Assembly (NCBI GenBank): GCA_964019335.1
Contig: OZ025660.1
Coordinates: 743,504-807,503, forward strand
Source of the DNA: Diplonema japonicum
Lineage: Eukaryota > Protista > Euglenozoa: Diplonemea
Direction of reading: 5' to 3'
Length of the DNA: 64,000 nucleotides
Position 1 is the stretch's first letter; every line of letters starts with the position of its first letter. Below the pieces are notes generated by a model, which was not told where the DNA came from, did not search any database, and saw only the letters and a list, made by a program, of their open reading frames with translations. Below, one piece after another: positions 22,534 to 34,333 of the stretch. Both the position numbers and the translations under genes were made by a program.

Positions 22534-24545
22534 TCACGAAGTTTGCGACTGACTGAGCCGCCTGCATACAGGGCACCTTGAGCGGTCGTTGGCCTGTTGT
22601 GTGTGATGTGTGTTGCAATACATTGCTCCCATACTGTTTTAAAAACCTTTGAGCACAGAGTGCACCGTTTCTTCGTCAGCTTCGGTGCTTGAGATGGTGC
22701 GACGTCCAGCTCTAGCGTGGAGACATCCATAGAACCAAAGGACTCCTTGGACTCGACAGAGAGGGGCGGCGGTGGTGGGAGGGATGCTGTGAGGCTGCTC
22801 TGGTATGCTATAGCTGATGAGATGGATTTCCCGATCTTGGCACTATCCCTTGTTTTCTTCTCCGCCCGTACCGACTCCTTCTCCTCGTCTATGATGACCA
22901 CTTCAATATTCTTCGCCTGCTTGTCTGACACACCCCTGATGTAGTCTGCCTCCGTAAAGGCACTAATATCAAACCTGCTTTTGGTGAGATCCACCAAATC
23001 CTTCTGATCACGCTTGGCACGCTTGATCTCCTGTAAGTGCACTTTCATGTCACTAGAAGGAGGCCTCTTGTCGCCTGCTGTGTGGGATATGTTCAGCTGT
23101 CCTGCGGAAATAGTGCCCTCCCCGTTTGAAGTAGTACCACGGGCCACGCTCGCGGGAGGAAGGGAGAAAGAGCACTCTTCACGCAGCAAGCCATCCACCA
23201 TTGAGAACGACATGTTGGACTGTGACCTGGCAAGAGAAGGAGAAGGTGGATCCTGCACAGGCGGAGGTGGTGGGGCGATTGGCGGTGAGCTAGGGACGTC
23301 GTCCACCTGCATTGATGTTGCAGAATTTTCGGTTTCACTTCTATCGAAGAAAGCGTCCATGATAGCGTGGTCGAGATGTGCGACGGGGGCAGGGGCTGCC
23401 TCGTCTTCGGACTCAGGTTCGCTGCCGTCTTTCGTTTCGAACACTACTTCGCCGTACCCGGTATCATCATCATCGTCCGCACCCATGATGTGCATTGTGT
23501 GTGCCAGCTCTTCAGCGTGATCCTCTTCAGCGACACCCGGCAAGCCGTTCGTAAGTATCTTGAGGGACTCCCCCAGCAGTTCTTGGATGTCGACCTTACT
23601 AGCAACGGGGGGCGTCTCATCATCAGAAACATCTAAGTCAATGGAAAGGGGCTTCTGCATGTCTTTTGAAAGACGCACCGGCTTCACTTTACCCGCTCTC
23701 TTTTTCACTAACTCCCTTTTCGCTCTCTTGGCAGGCGTTCCTCCTTTGACAATGGTCCCCGTTTCTTGTTGGAATCTGCTCCGTACAGGTGCAGCAAGCT
23801 GTTTCCGGATCTTAGAGTCGGAAATAGAATTCCCAAACGGCCGCTCTGCTGCTTGCTCTGTGAAAATGCTGGTCTCAGCGGCAGGCTTAGCTTCCTTTGA
23901 CCTCTTTTCCCTTTTTTTTCGTGGTTCGATAACTTGATCAGGCTCCACAGCTGGCATCCATTGGCAGCTGTTCACGTAGTTCTTCTGCACGTCGTCGATG
24001 ATGTTGGGGGCAATAATGCCGGTTCTTTTCCAATTCTCGAGCATCATATGCACTCCCCTTCTGTCTTCGGTGGTCCTGACAGGGAGGTTGTGCGACAGGT
24101 CTGCAAGAGAGCCTTCCAGAGATGAACGTATTGTTGAAGATGTCTTGCAAATCTCACCAGCGCATTCCCAATGGGTCACTTTGCATGTGTCTTCGTTGAG
24201 TATTTCCTTCATGCTACGAGAGAGCCATTTCTCGGTGCCTTTCATGCGTTTGGACTTCACAAAGTCAGCGACCACCCTCGGTGTCACGTCAAGGGTCTGC
24301 ACCTTGTGTTTGATACCACATTTCTTCACGAGGTTCTGGAAGTCACGCACTGCTGAGACCAACCGCTCCTTCCCCTTGTCCCACTTGTCATTTTTGCTGT
24401 TTTCCAAAACTTCCGCCAATACAGTTGTTGTAGGTTCGCTTGTTGCCGTAGTGTCCCACTGCTGCGCCATATCACCGATCCTCACACTTGGTGTCCTGCT
24501 CCTCTCCTGCAGCACAGAGCCTTCGTTCTCCGACATGGCTAACAT
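22534..24545 (-). CDS. Hypothetical low-complexity protein with C-terminal C4 zinc finger
   Basis: Long ORF. An intron at 22594-22634 yields [22 protein letters not shown] followed by a stop. Confidence 0.72.
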
Positions 24546-24674
24546 TTTTTAATCTTTTGTGGAAATAAACAACAAAAGCAAGCCGGTAATAAGCTAAGCC
24601 GCATGAGTAAGAACACTACCGAAGTAACGAAGTGGAAATGGGGCTTACAACTGCAAGGGTATCGCACAAACATT

Positions 24675-25657
24675 TTACATGAAGTAGACAGGGGACTGAG
24701 CATTGGGCTCATATTGCGGCGTGGTCTCCTTAAATTCCTTGAAATCGCGTGACATCTGTGCGTGTTGTGAGGTGTTTTAAGCATTGAAACGCATACATCT
24801 TCGTTAATAGCTAATATGGAGGCAGCGTTGCCGCATCGGTAACAATAATTGGGGGCAGACCAGACAGTGACCACACCGTTGTTCTCGAAGTGGTATTTGT
24901 ATCCGTGCTGCACAAGTTGGTGTGCCCTTGCTATGAGGTCAAGGTTGTTGTTGTGAAGGAACTGCATCGTTGCGGTGGCCCCAAACAGCCACCCTGCACC
25001 TCTCGGGGAAACGGACCAGTACTCGATATCCTCCGTTGGGTCCGACCACACGAGGTCGCAAAACTCCCCCTCATTAGGGATTTCCTGCTTGCGAGAAATA
25101 GTCAAGATTTGATCAAGAACCTGAATGCTGGGACTAAGGCCACCGTGCACGCACAGTACGCTGTTGTCCACCAGCGCGCAGATCGCCATGCAGTCGAAAA
25201 CATCAGTGCAGCAACGCCAGATGGCACTGTTGCCATATTTTCTGTTGCACTCATCCCAGAAACCGTAGATTGTTGTAACCTGTCTGGTTTCATGGTTCCC
25301 TCGCAGCAGCGTCATATGAGCTGGGTATCTTGCCTTCAGCAGCAACAGCAGCGTCAGTGTTTCCAAACTGTTGTGTCCACGGTCCACAAAGTCGCCCATA
25401 AAAATGTAAGAAGTGCTCGGCACGTCCCCCCCCGCTTTGAACAGCTCCAAGAGGTCGTGGAACTGCCCGTGGATGTCCCCACATATTGTAACGGGCGGGT
25501 TCACTCTCACCACGTTCGGCTCCTCAATCAAGATTTCCATCACGTACCTGGTGTGCTGTACAATTTGTTTCTAACCATACCTGCACAGTTGTTTCATGTC
25601 ATTCTCGCACAGGTATTCGCACCTCTTTATTTGTTCTATCCATTTGTCCAAGTCCAT
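24675..25657 (-). CDS. PPP6C: Ser/Thr protein phosphatase 6 (Sit4/PP6-like) catalytic subunit
   Basis: Starts MDLDKWIEQ; motifs [24 protein letters not shown] and [12 protein letters not shown]; ends ...PVYFM. Introns at 25548-25580 and 24756-24796. Confidence 0.88.
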
Positions 25658-25730
25658 CTTCTAACCCCCCTTTTTTAAAATGAATTTATGAATCTAAATT
25701 CAATATGGACTAATAGTACATCTACAGGTC

Positions 25731-27621
25731 TCACAGCATCGGGGGTGAAATAAGCGACAAGTCGCTGGGGTCATGATCATGGCCGCTCTTTCTGGGTGTG
25801 AATAGGGGAGTCTGTGTGGGTTACTCAAAAAGAAAGAAACGCCGACCTCAGTGGCATCTTGCACCTCCCAACTGATGCTAAGCTCTCCAGCGGAAGCGCT
25901 GTCTCTTCCATTAGGTGAAGAAAAGTATAGTACTGTGGAGCCGCTTGGCGCTGATATTGACAGCGAAGCGACGCCAGCCAAAATATCATCAACAGGCGAC
26001 TCTTCGTCGGCAAGGAATAGTGTAAATAGCAGCTCATGAACCTGTCTTGCTTAACTAGTTATTGAATGCATACATTGACATTTGTGAACACCAAATGAGT
26101 GTTACTGAAAAACGGATTCCGACACGGCTTGTGGTACTCGAGAGTCTTCTGCTCGTTGTTATGCGAGACGACGATCTTAGGTGTCTTGTTTGCCATCATG
26201 GGCAGGTCGATTCCTTCCACTACAGTCACTCTCACACTGGAACCCATGCACTTGGGATCTGCAGGTATAGTCGTAGGAGACAGAGTAAGTACTGTGAGCG
26301 TGTCAGTGAGCCACATCAGCATCTCGTCGGGTGATTGGCCAATGGATGCTAGTACACCGAAGCAAGAGACCCATTCCTCCCTTGACACATGTCCATCTTC
26401 GTCCTGTTCTAACTCGCATAGTAGAATGCCTGCCTCGTTGTAATTAGTAAGTAAGCAGTTTATGATCTCGCCGTGCGACGCATGAAGCTCGCGGCACTTC
26501 AGGGTCATAAGGTCGTAAGCGCACTCGATCCTCACTTCTTGCGAGTGCATATCCGCTTTTTGTCTTACTTGTTGCAGGCGTTCTTGGAAGTCGTTCGCTG
26601 CGGGCGTTGACGGGGCTGGCCTAGCACGCCGAGGGCTGGCAACCGAGTTCACTTTTTGATAAAGCGACTCAACGGCAGAGTTATCCCTCTGCAGCTGGAC
26701 GATCTTCCTTTCCAATTTGTTTGCAGCTGACACGAAGGACCCCAAGGTTTTCTGCAACGCATCAACCTCTAAAGGTGTGCGCAGCATTATATTCTGCAGA
26801 CACTCAAGCTTTGTACTCAGCGAGGCTGCAGAGCTCAGCATGGTGGTGTCTGCTCTCGGGTGTGTGGGTGTTGTGAGACTCTCTATGCTGTCTGTGATGC
26901 AGTATGGGCTTCCTGGCGTGCTGGGTGTTATCGTAGATCGGCACGACACAGGTGTGGATGAGGATGGATATACAGGTCGATGTTTGGCCTTGAGTTCATT
27001 ATTCATTGCTACTAAACTACTGCTACTGGATTGTAGCGTGAATATTTTGTCTTTGGATTGTTCAATCTCAGCACCCATCATCTCAATGACCTCAGCCTGT
27101 TTTGTGACAATAGCGTACAGCTCCTCAATGGCGTGCGTCTCTTTCTTGCAGGAATGGCTTTTCTTGGAACGGTGTTCGAGGACACAGCTGCGGGCGCGCT
27201 GGATATTCTGAGTGGTTTCCTTTCGCTGTTGCAAGCACAATTTCCTGCCTTTATAAAGCCATCCTGGTGAACACCAATGCGACAGTACACATTCTGTGCA
27301 ATCTTGACAGAAAGTGCGGTCGGAGTTAGTAATACACATCTTACCTTTGCGTAAAGACACAGCAACCCATAACTGGTCTATGTCCACTGTTTCTGTCAGC
27401 GCAGCATCAATATTACTATTACCGGGGGACTTCTGAGGCACAGGTGCACTGCCCCGTGAATTAGCCTTTGTTCTTTTATCTAACTTCTTTATAGGTGACA
27501 CCTGAGGTGGCATGTCTTGTTTCCGCCATGTCTGTTGAATGTCGCCTTGGGGTACCTTAAGCGTCTCGATGTTGGTAGCCCTCAGTCCTGCTACCCATTG
27601 AGCTGGAGGTGCTTGCGGCAT
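25731..27621 (-). CDS. Coiled-coil protein with EF-hand-like and C2 domains
   Basis: DEDGHVSREEW is EF-hand-like and VRVTVVEGIDLP...NPFF is C2-like. Introns at 26042-26073 and 25812-25846. Confidence 0.7.
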
Positions 27622-28065
27622 GTCCTATATGAGATTAAGCAGGAATAGAATAGGGGAAAGGGGAAAAAATGCAAATTGCTAACCCAAGATGCTAAGCAAG
27701 GCCCTGAAGCATAGTTGGTCAGGGTTAACACAAGTCAACAAAATAAAAACAGGAGGTTTCCTTTAGAACAACGTATACGTTGAGTAAACAATAGACTCCG
27801 CCAAACACCCCAACAAGGATGACTCAGAAGCACATCCGGTTCACCCAATGTGTAAGAGACTGCATCCCATGCGCTTTGAAGTGATATGTAACTATCCACT
27901 TGCTCTTGCTGCTATTGTAGTTGTTCAGAGGTGAACGCAGAAAACTACCTTTTAGCATCACTGCGTCACCATCGTGTTGCCATTCCTGTGTGGTGTGTGG
28001 GGTGGTAGGGCGAGAATGAAAACACTTCACAGCACTGATCACTATGTGTGGAATGATAAGGATAT

Positions 28066-28861
28066 CTAGTTCTTCTTGGTGGCCTTCTTGGCGGCGGCGA
28101 TGCGGGTCTTGCGGACCTTCTCCTTGGCGGCGTCCTTCTCCTTGGTGCGGATGGAGTACCTCACGCTCACGAGGCGGCTCTCGGGGAAGGGCTTGCTCAG
28201 GGCCTGTTGTGTGTGTGATTAATAATAATTATTCTTATTCTTATTCTTATTCTTATTCTTATTCTTATTCTTATTCTTATTCTTATTCATTCTTATTCTT
28301 ATTCTTATTCTTATTATTATTTATTTCTTAAACACACACCTTGTGGTCCATGTTGGTAACAGCCTTCTTGGCGGAGGCGTTGTCCTTGAAGTAGACGAAG
28401 CCGTGGCCCGACTGGTAGGTGCGGACCTTGCTGATGGCGCCACAGGAAGCGAACTCCTTCTTCAGGTTGGCCTTGCCCTGCTTGTGGGACATGCGGGGAA
28501 GGTTGCCGACGAAGACGGAAGTGCAGTACTCGGACCTGTCCTGCGCGAGCTTCTTCTTCGAGGCCTCGATCGTCACCTTCTGGCCCTTCAGCATCTTCCC
28601 GTTCAGCTCCTTGGCCTTCGAGGCGCCCGCAGCGTCCTTGAAGTACACAATGCAGTACTTGCGGCGCCTCAGCACCACGTTCTTCACCTCACCGCACGGC
28701 TTGAACGCAGCCTTGATCGTGTCGTGGCTGATCCCAGAGAAGTTCAGGTTCTTCACGTACACACCCTTGCTGTCACCGGCAACAGGGGCCTTAGCCTTGT
28801 TCTCCGCCTTCTTGGGCTCGGCCTTCTTCGCCGCGGGCTTAGCATTCTTCTTGGGGGCCAT
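28066..28861 (-). CDS. Double-RRM KSRP/NRBD-like protein, copy 2
   Basis: 796 nt including the intron; appears identical to copy 1. Confidence 0.8.
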
Positions 28862-29080
28862 TTTTCTGTTTTTGCTGGTTGTCTCGAGGAGCGCGAGTTG
28901 GGCGCGTAGGTAAACCTCTGAAAACAATGGGCTGTGGTGGGTGGGGGTGGAGTAGATTCATTGGGGCAACATGACACCAGAACAGATCTTCGCGAATGGA
29001 ATGATTGTACACCGCACCCAAAGGTGCTGTACAGCCGCCAATCCCAGCAAAAGAACAACAGAAATACTCTAAAAATAAAA

Positions 29081-30097
29081 CTACTTGCAAACCATGTTAA
29101 GGAGAACATTAGCGACATGGGTATCAACAGCTTTGTGGTGAAGGGGGTCGTCGTAAAACGGGCACAGGGAAGGAGGCGAGGCCATCCTTGCAGCATCAAG
29201 GACAGAGATAGGGCGGGTCAGCAACGATGCGGTGAGGGTGTTGTGGGATTCGATTTCATGATTCATCTTGTGTAAGGGGCGGTTCAGCCAGTAGGACTTC
29301 TTGTAGGTGTACTTTCTGAAGTGCGGTTGTGCTTCGCATATCCTAGTCGTGGTCATCCAGAACACTTTAGTACGAGTGGTGAAGGTCTCAGAAACGAACT
29401 TCATGACCACAGGGGCATCTCTCGTTGTGGAGCTAGTCCATAAGTTTTCTTTCTTCTTCTGTATCATGTTGACACCCGCGTTCATAACTACAACATCAGC
29501 ATTCTTCTGGAACTTGAAGAAATCCTCGTAGTTCCGCCCGTACACGCCACCTACATACCCCCAGTAGTATAGATGCACAAGTCCCTTCCTTCCCTCAAGT
29601 TGGATGTCCATTCCGCAAGAGTGGTTTTTCTGGTTGTTTTCACAAGTTTGCTTGGCCTCCAGCCGTGGGGTGATGGTTTTATTCCTTAAGATACCTTCCA
29701 AAGCGCTGTACAGGGCACGGGTGTTTGAGTTCCCAACCAACACCACCAGCTTGTTTTCAAGACACTCAAACGCTTCCTGCTGTGTGAAGACCCTATACAT
29801 GCACCCTTTGGACAGGGAGGGTACCCAGGTCAAGTTCCCCTCCCACTTGCCAACTGTGTAATCGCAATGCGGGGCGTTACGTACGTTCTCCGCTTTTTCG
29901 GGTGTCCGTGATGCTGGTGCAGGCGAGGCCCCGTGGCCAGGTTCTTGTGTACTAACCGCAGTCTCATGCTGGTTCTTATGTGCCAACTGGAGCTTCGTGC
30001 TGGTCGGCTTCTCCAGCAGACTTGCCCCAATGGACCACCAGATCAGGCAGCTGGCAAACAGGCACCACACCAATGCCATCAGGTGCTGCACCTTCAT
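29081..30097 (-). CDS. SGNH/PC-esterase (TBL/CAS1-like O-acyl esterase/transferase) with signal anchor
   Basis: Anchor MKVQHLMALVWCLF; motifs CDYTVGKW, CLENKLVVLVGNSNTR (GDS-like) and DDPLHH (DxxH). Confidence 0.8.
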   Translation of the reverse strand: MKVQHLMALVWCLFASCLIWWSIGASLLEKPTSTKLQLAHKNQHETAVSTQEPGHGASPAPASRTPEKAENVRNAPHCDYTVGKWEGNLTWVPSLSKGCMYRVFTQQEAFECLENKLVVLVGNSNTRALYSALEGILRNKTITPRLEAKQTCENNQKNHSCGMDIQLEGRKGLVHLYYWGYVGGVYGRNYEDFFKFQKNADVVVMNAGVNMIQKKKENLWTSSTTRDAPVVMKFVSETFTTRTKVFWMTTTRICEAQPHFRKYTYKKSYWLNRPLHKMNHEIESHNTLTASLLTRPISVLDAARMASPPSLCPFYDDPLHHKAVDTHVANVLLNMVCK

Positions 30098-32629
30098 TTC
30101 ACCAAACCCTGTCCTAACTCTCTGGTCTTTTGCTTGCAGATGAAAAGAAATAGAGCGGTGGAGCAGTGGGAGAGGCAAAAAAAAAAAAAAAAAAAGTAGA
30201 AGAAGAAAAAAAAGGTAAATAAAAGGGAGTGCCATGGCATAGGGGGCACCGGGGTGGCGAATATAAAGTTAAAAAAAAAAAAAAAAAAAAAAAGAAAGGG
30301 GAAGAACAAAAGATATTAAAAATAAAAAATAAAAAAATAAAAAAGGGGGTTAGGGAGCACACATCATGCGCAGTTCACGACAGCAGGAATGAAAGAGAAA
30401 GAACCAGCCGCTTTTACCGCAAACATGTTGGCCTCCACTTGGAAGCGAATACCCCATGTCATCGACGCATGCCATAGACCAATCGTAGGACGGTCGGCTT
30501 CTCTGATTTGTTACGGCAAGCCATGTAGAGGGAGGGAGGGGGGATTTCAATGAGCAATTAAATTAAAGGAGTGGTGAAGAACACATAATGGTGCACGCAT
30601 TATCCGTACCGAACAGGTACAAAGAACAGCAGCAGGCCACATGTAGACGCGAGCATGACCAGCCACTCAAATCGCAATACCTACTTACTGTTGGTCAAGT
30701 GGCCCTCACAGGGCGCCGCTTGCGACTAACATAGTACCAACTTTGTTATTATTTTCCCAAAAAAAAAAAAAAAAAAAAAAGAAGAAGAAGAAGAAGAAGA
30801 GAATCGAGAAAAGAGTGTACCCCAAGAGAAAAAAAAAAAGAAAGAAAGAAAGTCAGAAGCAGCCTTTGCCCTACCATCATACAAAAACATGCCTCAAGGC
30901 GTATATAGGACCCTTCAACAACGTACATGAGAGCTAACCCTCTTTGTTTTGACTCAGCTTCCATGCTGGCCAACACTTTGCCTGCCCGCTGACCTTTTGT
31001 TCTTGTTCCTGGGTGGAGGGGAAAAGGAAAAAGAAAAAAAAAAGAAGAAAAGAAAAAGAAGCAGTAACCGAGTAAAAATAAAAAGAGAGAGAGAGAGAGA
31101 GAGAAATCACTTATGATGGGGGAGCAATGTTAGCTCATCCCATCAAAAAAAAGAAAGGGGCGAGAATAGGGGGGAGGAAAAAAAAGGAAACAATACAACG
31201 AAGGCAAACAAGAGGTTACTTTTTTTTTCTTCTTCTTCGGATGTTTGCAACCCTTATGTATAGTCTTTTTTTTTTTCTTTTTTTTTTCAAAGTTGTTTTT
31301 TTAACGACCAATACCCTGTCCACATAGTGGAGATATTACCTTTTTATGTAAAGAAAAAAAAAACCCCCCCCGTAATTTCATTCCGTTCTTCTTCTTTTTT
31401 TTTTCTTTTTTTTTTTCTAACCTTTTGGAGCTAAGGGACCTGGGGGTGGGTGGGAGGAAAGGAAGAATAAATATAAAAAAAAAAAAGAAAGAATGAGGAA
31501 TGAAGAAGGGAAAAAGAAGAACAAAAAAAAAAAAGAATAATCGCCCGCCATTAGCAAGAGAGTGTTTTTAAACCCATTCTCGTTCCAGGTCAGCGCTCGA
31601 GGGGCTATATCGCTCAGAACCTTCTATGCACACTACACTTCATGACCAAGCCAGGCGGCACGGGGACTGCCTGGCATGACCCCATTGGGTGCAAGAAATA
31701 TAACTGTTGTCATGTGTTGTGAATTCCACTGTTCTTGCTCTGCCTAGTTGACCACCGAATAATTAGAGAAATAAAAGAGGGGTTAAAGAACAAAAAAAAG
31801 TGGGGCCATTATTACATAAAACAAAATACTTTTCTTATTTGTTTTTTTTTTTTTCTTTTTTTTTTTTTTAAAATTTTATTATTCTCCCATATTTTGCATC
31901 AAAACCTACACTTATAACGAACACATGGATTGAAGAAAGAAAGGGAAAAAAAAAAGAGAAAAAAAAAGCAGAAATGTACAAACTCTGGACGAGGTGAAGC
32001 AAAGGCATCCCATCAGGTCCTAGATCATCCATGGCTTTAAAAAAAAAAAAAAAAAAAAAAAAATGCTCTCTAGTATCGTTGTGCTACTATGGAAGATGAT
32101 AATGTACTAGGCAGGAGGCCCCAAAAGGGACGAGTGGGAAAAGATTCTTTGAATTAATTCGGCAAAAGCACGTGGCATGACGTTTGCCTTCACAAGACAC
32201 CCTTCGTTGAGGGAGTGTATAGTGCCGAAGTGAGGCATGTGCCATAATTCATGTAAAACCCAGAGTGTTGTGTATGATGGGTTTTTGCTGAACAAACCAC
32301 AGCAGGGGGGAAGAAGAAAAAAAAAAAAAAAAAAAAAAAAGAAACATCAAGACACCTGTAAAGATTCGTTTTATTTGTGTAACTTATGACGAGTTTCGGT
32401 TTTTTTTTTTTTTTTTTTTTCTCTTTTTTTTTTTAATTGCAAATTACTTTCTTTTTTTCTTTTTTTTTTTTTTTAAATCCGGTTTTAGACAAAGCTTATT
32501 ATGTTTCTATTCTTTTTTTTTTCCAGGTTTCTAGCGCTTGCTGCGGACCTCCATTGCTTTGCATTATGATAGTATATCAGCTGCCCCTTCACGGGTGTCC
32601 GGGCACTGAAGCTGTGGTCAAATGTTGTT

Positions 32630-34175
32630 TTATTGTTGAAGCAGCACACCTGCCCTTGTTGGGTCGGGTATCAGACCGTTAGCGCCCACCACAGGCGTTT
32701 GATGCACACTTTCGTTGGGTGAGCGGAAGTTCTTTTGAAGACTGCGCTTGCTGAAGGACACCACGATGCCCTTGCCATTGGCAGGGGGGTGGCCTGAAAA
32801 ACATATTGTGTGTAAGCCAATGAGAGCAGCAACCGCCGAGCGAATGGACTCCAAGGTTGCTATGCACATCTTCGTCCTCGCTTCGACATTAGCCTTGTTC
32901 TCGATCCACCTTGTGGTGGCTGAGTCGCTGAACTCCCTTAAAGCAGCCTCCGCAGTCTCGTCAGGGATGCCTACAGGCACGTTAGAGATATGCAGCTGCA
33001 CATTAGGGCCGTGCATGTTCTCTAAGTTCTTCTGAGCAGACCTCCCGCTGAACCTGTGATGGGGCGAGTCAGAGTAGTACTTTGTGAGCTCGTCTTCCAC
33101 GCCTGTGATGTGTCCTAGCTTGGCAGGCACAACTTCAAGGGTTCTGTGGTGTGGTAAAAAGTGTCGTGCTGTGGTCTTGGTACCTGATATCTTCGTAAAA
33201 CGGGCAGCCTTGCAGCAGCTGGCATGCCTTCATGGCACCCCGCGGGTTCACGTATTCGACAAGAGCGGTGGTGCGGCGCTTGAACATGATTTTCACTGCA
33301 CGCACATCCCCGCATATCCCAAACAGTCTGAACAGCGCCTCAGGAGGCACGCCTTCCACAAGGTTCTTGACGAGGACCGTGCACGCTGTGCACCCAGTGT
33401 CGGCGACGTGCAGCGGCTGCATGTACGAGTTGGCGGGTATTCTGATACTTGGCTTGACCTGTAGGTGCTGTTGCATGGGTTGCGCCACCCGCGGACACAT
33501 TCCCGCACCCTCGTGTGTCACGAAGTCGTACCCATATTGTTGTTGCTTGATTTCAATATTCTGCTTATTCGAGTACGAGAGCCTCACTGTGGCTGACCCC
33601 ATCACGTACCCGCTCAGTTGTTCCCGGAGGACCTGTGCTGAGGTATTCGAATCCATTTCGATAAGCCCCTGCACGATGCCATCCTTGCTGGTCCAAAGTT
33701 GGATTTTGCGCACAGAACCGCCTTTCGAGTTGAGTAGTGCTGCCAACTGTTGACAGTCGGTGCCGCCTTCCATGAGCCCCGGAAGCTGCAACACTAGCAC
33801 CCTGTTGATCTTTTCTTCCGTGACTTGTGCGTATCTTTGCGACAACTCTGCTTTCAGTTCGTGTCCCTTGATTGAGATATTCCCCAGCAACAGCACCAAC
33901 GCTTGAGCGTGCTGAGGGGTTTCCATTTCAATAAACAGATGTCTTGTTTTCTCTTGCACGAACCTGTTCACCACCTTCCCGCTTTTCTGCGCGTGGTGCA
34001 GCACATCTTCGGCACTGATTTCAGGCGGGAGTGTTTTCACCAGCACAACCTTATGTTCGACCGGTTGTTGCATCATCTCGTGGCCCTGCTGCATCTCGTG
34101 GCCCTGTTGCATGTCATGGCCCTGCGGTATCATCTCATGTCCCTGCTGATGCACTTGCTGTCCAGACCATTCCAT
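32630..34175 (-). CDS. PTB/hnRNP L-like multi-RRM protein
   Basis: LFRLFGICGDVRAVKIMFKRRTTALVEY and LHISNVP match PTB RRM3/RRM4 patterns. N-terminal QQGHEM repeats. Intron at 33144-33183. Confidence 0.85.
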
Positions 34176-34333
34176 TTTATGCGAAGACCCTTTGATTCCT
34201 TAAAATTCAATGATTCAGAAACAACTAACACAAAAAATGAAACTAAACATGCAACGTGCAACTTGTCGTGCGCAAGTAAAAAAAAAAAAAAAAAAAAAAA
34301 AAACGTAACTGGTGTGTGGAATGATAAGGATAT

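Noticed and set aside
30853-30882. ATGATG...CTGA pair on the minus strand
   Set aside because: The boxes span only ~28 nt, too short for a C/D snoRNA.
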